IMG/VR virus record: IMGVR_UViG_3300046507_000667 | Location: 124,001-188,000 of that record | Length of the DNA: 64,000 nucleotides | Strand: one strand, 5' to 3' | Part shown: in pieces, positions 56,884 to 64,000 of the stretch | Position numbering within the stretch: the first letter of the stretch is position 1 | Layout: each line of letters begins with the position of its first letter | Program-made: the position numbers and the translations under genes | Notes under the pieces: model-generated | Seen by the model: the letters and a program-made list of their open reading frames with translations, nothing else | The model's database searches: none | What the model was told of the DNA's origin: nothing

Positions 56884-59340
56884 TTATACCACAGTTACAT
56901 TTGCTACAGAGTCACCTTCTTCTAGTGTGATTAGACGATTTCCCTTAGCTTGACGGCTAAGTGAACTAAGTAGGCTATTATCTAGCTTAACTGACTTATT
57001 ATTGGCAGAATCAACAATAACTGATTGACCCTCAGTCACGATCTTACCTGCAATAAGATTGTCACCCTTATTTAGAGTTGCAATCTTTACAAGACCACCA
57101 CGACCACCATCACGACGACGATAAGCTACTTCAGTAAGTGCAACTGCTTTACCTTTACCTTGTGCTGTAACAATGACTGCTGCAGCATTTTCTGTAGCTG
57201 ATTCTGGTACAATATCCATTGAAACAACAACTTCACCTTCCCTCAATAGACAACGACCACGACCACTAGTAGGACGAAGCATTAGTTCAATATCACGTCC
57301 AGTTAACATCTTCTGGCATCGACCTTCTGAAGTAGTTACTAGTACAGTATCTTCTTCTGAATCTGAAAATGCTACTGCAACTAGATAATCACCTTCATTA
57401 ATCTTAATGGCAATATTACCACCCTTCATCCTACGTTCAGCTTTAAGATCAGTGATAGCTACACGCTTCATAAGAGAATCTGCAGTAATGAATACCACAG
57501 TCTCATTAGGATTGACCGGTTCTTTGATCTTCAAGACCGCAACCACAGCTTGACTACCGATATCTTCAATGGCATTACTAATATGCTTATGCCATAGATT
57601 CATCTGATAACCCTTTACATTGATCACCTTACCAGTATCCGTGAATACTAGAAGATCATCATGGCTATTTACAGTAAAGGTCTGCTCAAGCACCTTATTG
57701 TACTTTGGATCAATTACAGATTTACCCTTTCCTCCTCGAACAGCATAATCCTTCATTTCAGCTACTGGACGAGCATATACATACTTGTCCTTAGAAATAG
57801 CTACAAATAGATCTTCACTTTCAATAACATCACGGACATCAAAATCTCCGCCCTTATAGTTATTGGTAAGCTCAGTACGACGTTCTGTAGCAAACTTCTT
57901 AGCAATGTCAGTAAGCTGCTCTTTAATGATATCTAGAATCCGTTTTTCAGAAGATAGGATATCAACTCGGTTCTGTACTTCAATTTCAAGATTCTTAATT
58001 TCTTCCTTAAGCTTACCAACTTCAGTTGCCGAAATCTGATAAAGCTTAATATTAACAATATACTTTGCTTCTTTTTCAGTTAGATTAGCAAGTGCAGCAA
58101 CCTTTTGAATTGCATCTGCTTCACCTGTGGATTTCTTAATAAGATCAATAACCTTATCAATCATTCCCTGAATCTTTAACAAAGCACGACGGAAGAACAG
58201 AGTTTCTGTATACTTTGCAATCTCATAAGCATACTTACGTTGTAGAGTCTTGACCCGGAATTCGGTCCAGTGAGCTACAATCTGCTTAATATCAATATTG
58301 GCGGCTAGTTCTCCATCCTTCAACACATTACAGTTGTATGCAATATGATTACGAAGTTGAGTATGCTCAAGAAGCATATTCTGAAGTACTTCACAGGATA
58401 CATCTTTCTTAGGCCAAATTACCAGATTAACTTGTTGCTTCTTATCTGAATAATCATCCATATCTCCAACATATGCTTCTAGAAGACCAGGAGCCTTTGA
58501 CTTTGGATCAGGTTTACATAGAGAAGTAATCTGCTCCATAATAGCATTCGTAGTAACCTTATAAGGTAGATCCTTAACTACTAGTGCATCCTTACCACCA
58601 ATCTTTTCAAATTCAATACGTGATTGAATCCGAATGATACCTCGACCAGCTTTATAAATAGCTGGAAGATCAGCTTCATTAAGAATAATACCACCTGATG
58701 GAAAGTCAGGCCGGAAATTCTTAATTAGATCATCATGCTTGATATCTGGATTGGTAATGTACTTCTTTGTAATTTCACAAATATCCTGAACTCGATGAGG
58801 AAGAATATTTGTAGCAAACCCTGATGCAATACCAATTACACCAAGATTAAGAATCAATGGAAATGCAGATGGTAGATACTCTGGTTCTTGCATTGAAGCA
58901 TCATAGTTATCCTTAAAAGGAATATATGCTTCATTCAAATCACCAAGCAAAGTTTCACGAGAAAACTTTGAAAGACGAAGCTCAAGATATCGCATTGCTG
59001 CTTGACGATCACCTGAGATCTTACCATTATTACCTTCACTGTCTAGCAGTGGATTCAGACGGGTAAATGTCTGAGAGAGACCAACCATTGTGTCATAAAT
59101 TGACAAGTCACCATGAGGGTGATAATTTGCCATTACCTGACCAACGAACTTTGCAGCCTTCTTATATTTAAGTGCTGCAAGCTTCTCTTCATGAATAGCG
59201 TATAGAATACGACGGACTACAGGAGTTGCCGCATCTTCAATGGAAGGAATTGCTCGTGCTTTAACAGTTGCAACACCAAACTCAGACATTTTCTCGTTGA
59301 AAATATCTTCAATATCCATTCCTACAATAGCATCAGACAT
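56884..59340 (-). CDS. gyrA: DNA gyrase/type IIA topoisomerase subunit A
   Basis: RRILY, YHPHGD, AAMRY active-site Tyr, PDFPSGG, GyrA-box-like VRGGKG, beta-pinwheel repeats. Confidence 0.93.
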   Translation of the reverse strand: MSDAIVGMDIEDIFNEKMSEFGVATVKARAIPSIEDAATPVVRRILYAIHEEKLAALKYKKAAKFVGQVMANYHPHGDLSIYDTMVGLSQTFTRLNPLLDSEGNNGKISGDRQAAMRYLELRLSKFSRETLLGDLNEAYIPFKDNYDASMQEPEYLPSAFPLILNLGVIGIASGFATNILPHRVQDICEITKKYITNPDIKHDDLIKNFRPDFPSGGIILNEADLPAIYKAGRGIIRIQSRIEFEKIGGKDALVVKDLPYKVTTNAIMEQITSLCKPDPKSKAPGLLEAYVGDMDDYSDKKQQVNLVIWPKKDVSCEVLQNMLLEHTQLRNHIAYNCNVLKDGELAANIDIKQIVAHWTEFRVKTLQRKYAYEIAKYTETLFFRRALLKIQGMIDKVIDLIKKSTGEADAIQKVAALANLTEKEAKYIVNIKLYQISATEVGKLKEEIKNLEIEVQNRVDILSSEKRILDIIKEQLTDIAKKFATERRTELTNNYKGGDFDVRDVIESEDLFVAISKDKYVYARPVAEMKDYAVRGGKGKSVIDPKYNKVLEQTFTVNSHDDLLVFTDTGKVINVKGYQMNLWHKHISNAIEDIGSQAVVAVLKIKEPVNPNETVVFITADSLMKRVAITDLKAERRMKGGNIAIKINEGDYLVAVAFSDSEEDTVLVTTSEGRCQKMLTGRDIELMLRPTSGRGRCLLREGEVVVSMDIVPESATENAAAVIVTAQGKGKAVALTEVAYRRRDGGRGGLVKIATLNKGDNLIAGKIVTEGQSVIVDSANNKSVKLDNSLLSSLSRQAKGNRLITLEEGDSVANVTVV

Positions 59341-59369
59341 GAAACTTTTTCCTTTTTTAGTGGTACATC

Positions 59370-59381
59370 TATTTATTTGTT
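59370..59381 (-). promoter_or_regulatory. AACA-N6-TA promoter upstream of gyrA
   Basis: AACAAATAAATA. Confidence 0.55.
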
Positions 59382-59406
59382 GATATTATAATGACTTTCA
59401 GAATTC

Positions 59407-59913
59407 TTATGAAATGTGATCAGGAAAATCTTGAGCAAGTTTATTAAGCATATCGTTGAAATCACCAATTACCAAAGTACCTGAGAATGCAAGCATCAAA
59501 TTAACAGGAAGCTTAAAGTCTTCAATAATCCATCCTTTATGATCAACCAATGGACGTGAATCAGATTGAACTAGAATGTTATTATTAGCTTGCATGCGCT
59601 TCATATAAGTCTTCTCAAAGCCCTTGGAATAACCATAGACTTTCTTACCAAGACCAAATGCATAAGCATATTCCCATACTGTACCTGAATCTGGCTCAGT
59701 ACCACGGAAGTCAGATAGGTCAGCGATAATTACATTTGCTGCATGAATCTGAGCTAGATTAGCTTGATAAATCTCTTGTGCATCAATAAGGATTGCATCA
59801 AGAGGATGAAGAAGATCAATATTACGATTAGCTGCAATAAGCTTTCGTTCTTGTGCTTGACGACGAGCATTAGGAGCAAATACACCTGGACCTGCATCAT
59901 ATACTTTAAGCAT
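59407..59913 (-). CDS. Nucleoside 2-deoxyribosyltransferase family protein
   Basis: YDAGPGVF, DSGTVWEYAYAFGLGK and NLML motifs. Confidence 0.85.
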   Translation of the reverse strand: MLKVYDAGPGVFAPNARRQAQERKLIAANRNIDLLHPLDAILIDAQEIYQANLAQIHAANVIIADLSDFRGTEPDSGTVWEYAYAFGLGKKVYGYSKGFEKTYMKRMQANNNILVQSDSRPLVDHKGWIIEDFKLPVNLMLAFSGTLVIGDFNDMLNKLAQDFPDHIS

Positions 59914-60451
59914 TTTTCTTTCCTGAGATTAGATCGTCTTGTTTATTAATTAAAGTGAATGTCATTGCTGCATCGAAATCTGCAGCTAGTTTTGAATTAA
60001 AGTTTTCTGGTAATTCATCATCCAGTTCAATGAATACACCAAATTCTTGATGAGACTTTACCATGATCCACTCATTACCATGCTCTTTCGAGTGATCAGT
60101 TCCAATACGAGCTTTTAATCCAAAAAGACCAATCATATTAATCATGGTATCTTCTTGTAGTCTTCGTGGCATTGGTGCTACTGGCTGTCCAGTATTGACT
60201 AGATTAACTAATAGTCGTTGTGGATATATCTTATGTACTTCTGTAACAAAAGCAATTACATCAAATAAATCTACCGATTTATCAGAAAAGTCATATCGTA
60301 CATGCAACGTAGCATATACTGCCATATCACTTTCTTCTTTAATCGATTGGAGTAATGAAAGAGGAACTTGGGGTCTTTCTGAATTGTATTCAAGAATACA
60401 ATCGACACGAATTAATTGTGGTTTACGCTCAATTTGTACTGATTTAAACAT
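59906..60451 (-). CDS. Hypothetical protein (start moved to ATG 60451)
   Basis: The longer track ORF runs through the terminator hairpin. Confidence 0.65.
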   Translation of the reverse strand: MFKSVQIERKPQLIRVDCILEYNSERPQVPLSLLQSIKEESDMAVYATLHVRYDFSDKSVDLFDVIAFVTEVHKIYPQRLLVNLVNTGQPVAPMPRRLQEDTMINMIGLFGLKARIGTDHSKEHGNEWIMVKSHQEFGVFIELDDELPENFNSKLAADFDAAMTFTLINKQDDLISGKKNA

Positions 60452-60471
60452 TGTATACTCTTTAGAAAGAC

Positions 60472-60499
60472 TCCCTATACTCTTTTCAGAGTATAGGGA
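60472..60499. terminator. CCC(T/C)ATAC-family hairpin
   Basis: Perfect 12-bp stem after the gyrB stop. Confidence 0.75.
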
Positions 60500-60506
60500 A
60501 TTCATA

Positions 60507-61577
60507 TTACTCTAGAACATCACTTGTATCAGTGCTATTAAAGATATTGATTAGGAATTCCTTACGGAACTCTGCATCTTTGCCCATGAATCGCTTCATA
60601 GTGTCTTTCATATCTTTGCCTGGAAGTACTTGGATAAGTTGACGACGCTCAGGATCAAGAGTCGAGTTCCAAATATCTTCAGCAGAAGCTTCTCCCCATC
60701 CCTTGAATCGTGTCACAATAACAGACTTCTTGACATGATCTAGGAGGTTATTGAATACTTCAAAGTATGAGTCACCTTCGATCTGCTTGCCACGGCTTGT
60801 TGTTTCAAAGCTATAGTTTGCAATTTCAGCTAGTGCTTCATAGAGATCTGATACATCTTGTACAAATTGACCACCATCGACATTGACAATACAAACGAAA
60901 TCTTCTTGGATTGCTCCCTTATAGAATCCGATAATATTTACATTGTCGCCAGTAGTTTCAGTTACTTCGATACGATCACCAAAATCAATCTCACCACCTT
61001 CGGCATCGAAGTTTTGTACAAAGACTGATTCAAAGATACGTGGATTGATATTGTACTTCTTTGCAGCTAGTTTAAGAGCATGCAGATAGTTACGAATTTT
61101 TCCAATTACCTTTTCTTTTTCAGACTTCTTAGAAACTTCCTTTTCATCTACAGTAAATTTGAATGAACTTTCAATCTCATTAACGAGATATGCATTCAAG
61201 TCTTTCTCATTACGTAGATAAGATAGCTTGTGACCATCTTTAATTACCCGATAAAGAGGTGATACTGCAATATACAGACGACCTGCTTCAATCAATGGTG
61301 CAGTAAGTTCACCGAACATGGTTGTTGCAAGCATTTCGATGTGCTTACCATCGGAGTCTGCATCGGCAAGGATGATGATTTTGTTGAACTTGAGCTTTTC
61401 AAGATTAAAGCTACTACCAGTATCACACTTAAGGATAGTAACAATATCGTCAATTTCATCATTATTTCGCGCTTTATGCGGTTCAAGTCCGAAGACATTT
61501 TTCGGCTTTCCTTTCAGTTTATATACTGCCTGAAAACGCTTATCACGAGCATCCTTTACTGTACCGCCAGCCGAATC
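60507..61577 (-). CDS. gyrB: DNA gyrase subunit B, exon 2 (TOPRIM)
   Basis: DSAGG, LKGKPKN, DADSDG and RFKGWGE motifs; spliced product 802 aa. Confidence 0.92.
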   Translation of the reverse strand, partial: DSAGGTVKDARDKRFQAVYKLKGKPKNVFGLEPHKARNNDEIDDIVTILKCDTGSSFNLEKLKFNKIIILADADSDGKHIEMLATTMFGELTAPLIEAGRLYIAVSPLYRVIKDGHKLSYLRNEKDLNAYLVNEIESSFKFTVDEKEVSKKSEKEKVIGKIRNYLHALKLAAKKYNINPRIFESVFVQNFDAEGGEIDFGDRIEVTETTGDNVNIIGFYKGAIQEDFVCIVNVDGGQFVQDVSDLYEALAEIANYSFETTSRGKQIEGDSYFEVFNNLLDHVKKSVIVTRFKGWGEASAEDIWNSTLDPERRQLIQVLPGKDMKDTMKRFMGKDAEFRKEFLINIFNSTDTSDVLE

Positions 61578-61620
61578 CATATGTTAACCCTAGTATCGTT
61601 ATTACTAAAGTATGTATGAT

Positions 61621-62364
61621 TTAAATTTCTAAATCAATAATATCCCGCTCATATAATTGCTTAATGATAAAAGCAGATGTCATCATTCCATGTAGAGAAG
61701 GAACTCGAATTACTTCAATTCCATGCTCTTTGCAAAGTTTAAACTTAGTTTTGTCTCTATTCATTGTCTTTGGAAATTCAGCTTCTCTTCCTTGCTTGGA
61801 AATATAATGCTGTTCACCATCACATTCAATAGCTAAGTTGTACTCTGGTAGGAAGAAATCAATCCTAAGACCAAATTCTAGCTTAAGCCAGTCAAAAGTC
61901 TTTTCTTCTTCATATACAATTTCAACTTCATCCAGTACTTCTTTAACTGCAATTGAAGTCTTTGATTTAGTTTGATTACATGGACACCTAGTACCATTAT
62001 GAAATAAATCAGGACGAGTTTTCCAATCCTTTCCACAGGTCTTATGTCTAAGTAATACATGAGTTTTGTTATTCACATAGCTACTAATTAAAGTATATTC
62101 ATTTCCTGTCAAATCTTTTAGCTTTTGACTAAATTCTTCAGCAGTATAACTCCATGATCTATGTGTAGCACACTTGGGACAATTATTCGGTTTTGGTTTA
62201 AGAAAATCATAAGGAGACGTGGTTCCCCACTCATGCCCACACTTATTGTGTTTGAGCATAATAGGATCATGATTCCGAATATACTGTCCTAGAACTGTAT
62301 ACTCTTTACCATATCGATCGCTAACTCGTTTACAAAATTCATCATGTGTAAGTTGTTTTGGCAT
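61621..62364 (-). CDS. Intron-encoded homing endonuclease (Zn-ribbon repeats plus Vsr-like/EDxHD nuclease)
   Basis: Two H..CG..W..CP repeats; IDFFLP..IECDGEQHY. Confidence 0.85.
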   Translation of the reverse strand: MPKQLTHDEFCKRVSDRYGKEYTVLGQYIRNHDPIMLKHNKCGHEWGTTSPYDFLKPKPNNCPKCATHRSWSYTAEEFSQKLKDLTGNEYTLISSYVNNKTHVLLRHKTCGKDWKTRPDLFHNGTRCPCNQTKSKTSIAVKEVLDEVEIVYEEEKTFDWLKLEFGLRIDFFLPEYNLAIECDGEQHYISKQGREAEFPKTMNRDKTKFKLCKEHGIEVIRVPSLHGMMTSAFIIKQLYERDIIDLEI

Positions 62365-62386
62365 TACAATTCTCAGTAGTAGAAAC

Positions 62387-62398
62387 TAAGAATCTGTT
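62387..62398 (-). promoter_or_regulatory. Late promoter inside the intron, driving the endonuclease
   Basis: AACAGATTCTTA, 23 nt upstream of the HEG ATG. Confidence 0.65.
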
Positions 62399-62627
62399 AC
62401 ACAATCACCCTCTACCGATACATATCTCATGCTTTCACATGAGTTCAGATCATATCTTCATACTTAGTTTCAAGTATGTCTCCCGTTTCCCCTGCACTTG
62501 CAGAGTACGCCTTATGGCTGATCGTTGAACGTTCCTTTTTCAAGGCTTCGCTGCTGATTGTCCTCATCTTTACATGTTAGGAGTTTCCAGCAATTAGAGA
62601 GATTTAATGAGAGCAACTCGGCAGTTT

Positions 62628-63965
62628 ACCCTCAACGAGATATAGCTCTGTACGTACACCGTCTTTTTCTTGACAATCTACGAACTTTGAGATATTGGAA
62701 AGTGACGTTACAAATGAACCACTTTCTTTCTTCACATTCTCAAGAGCACGTTTCTGTGCTAGACGAGACTTAGCTGAAAGAGCAAACTTAGTCGCAAGGA
62801 TTTTCATTTCCTTTGGACTATTATTCATCCACTCATCTAGCTTTGCATTTGTATACGACAATACATGGCCCGCTACATCAGTATTGACAAGCTTCTGTTT
62901 AGTCTGTGATGAATATTTCGGATTGAATACGAATACTGATACTACTGCTTCAAGACCAACGAATACATCTTCATTGTCAATCTTTTCTTTCGTAAGATTC
63001 TTTTCACGAACGAATGCAGTTACTTTCTGACTCAATGACCGTTTGAAACCAGTCACATGAGTACCACCTTCAGTAGTCTTAATAGTATTGGTAAATGACG
63101 TAATATTGTCACTTGCAAAACTATCATTCCAAGTTAAAGCAATTTCAATCTTAGTATCATTAATAACTTCTGAGGCAAGAGATACAGGAGCAATGATACC
63201 TTTCTTACCTACTGCTTCGGCTAGGAAGTCAGCTACACCTTCCTTGAAGTTATGAATAATCGGCTTTTCTTGATGACAGCTATGATATTCAACTGTCAAG
63301 CCAGAATTAAGTTGTGCAACTTCACGGAGGAATTTGACAATTTCTTCTTCAATAGGTAAAGTACCTTCCTCAAAGAATTGAGGATTGAATTGGAAGTTGA
63401 CACGAGTTGAAGACTTCTTATAACGCTTATCAGCTGGTAAAGTAACATTTTTCGATACCTTTACCTTCTGCTCATAACCATTATTGAAGGTAATTTCACC
63501 CTTATCAGTTCCTCGTTGTGCTTCTACATAAAAGATTGCTGAAAGAGCATTAACACATGACGCACCAACACCATTTAGACCAGTAGAATATACTGTCTTC
63601 TTTTCAAAGTTACGACCAGCATGGAGCTTGCCAAAAATCTTTGATAGGGTATTGGAACCATCATCTTGCTTATCAAATGGAACACCTCGGCCATTATCAT
63701 AGACAGAGAAGCTATAGTCATCATGCCGTGTAACAATGATAGCCGTTGCAAAACCTGCAAGAAATTCATCAACTGAGTTATTGATGATTTCTCGAATAGC
63801 TGTCAAATAACCTGCAGAGTCATTTGGACCAATATACATCTGTGGACGTACTTGGACACATTCCGGAAATGGAAGTTCTTTAATGTCCTTACCAGTATAG
63901 TCATTTGCTACTTTAGTAGCTGCTGCAGCAATAGCCGTTTTTTCTACAGACTTAGTACGAGCCAT
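62628..63965 (-). CDS. gyrB: DNA gyrase subunit B, exon 1 (GHKL ATPase)
   Basis: RPQMYIG, EIINNSVDE, DNGRGVP, GLNGVGAS, EGGTH and LYLVEG motifs. Confidence 0.92.
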
Positions 63966-64000
63966 GAATTTCTACCTTTCAAATATTTATTTTAGCGAAT

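Larger units (their letters stand above)
61578..62627 (-). mobile_element. Group I intron in gyrB (1050 nt)
   Basis: P AATTGCTGGAAA, Q AATCAGCAG, R GTTCAACGATCA, S AAGATATGATCT; exon ends in U, intron ends in G; splicing restores VEG|DSAGG. Confidence 0.92.

Noticed and set aside
48347-63965. dnaB and gyrB as pseudogenes, split genes or intein-containing genes
   Set aside because: Group I P/Q/R/S elements and U/G splice boundaries restore both frames exactly; no intein motifs seen.
1-64000. Stop-codon reassignment
   Set aside because: The standard code gives dense, full-length genes, and TAA, TAG and TGA all end genes normally.

Overview
AT-rich (roughly one-third GC, by eye) segment of a jumbo myovirus genome. 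Gene content and promoter motifs point to the phiKZ-related AR9/PBS1/phiR1-37 type; no RNA polymerase or capsid gene is in the window to confirm this. Layout: (1) a >1500-codon phiKZ gp181/tape-measure-like gene running off the left edge and missing from the ORF track; (2) a candidate origin region with three 21-bp repeats, then a T4 gp21-like prohead protease; (3) an early accessory region (8.2-19.2 kb) of small genes separated by a repeated hairpin+promoter unit; (4) SbcC, a guanylate-kinase-like protein and PhoH; (5) a 21-kb tail/adhesin block with three collar-domain fibres, four LamG-like paralogs interleaved with two small 18-aa-repeat proteins, and a gp53-like wedge; (6) a replication block with dnaB and gyrB each split by a group I intron carrying a homing endonuclease, plus SbcD, gyrA and a nucleoside deoxyribosyltransferase-family gene. 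Two promoter motifs can be read directly: early ATATATTAT-N5-TG and AR9-like late AACA-N6-TA. The best novelty candidates are a putative strand-donor adaptor system for multivalent adhesin display (33.3-39.4 kb) and early-promoter-driven structured non-coding RNAs (45.5 kb; 56.0-56.9 kb). All homology calls come from motif recognition by eye, not database searches.
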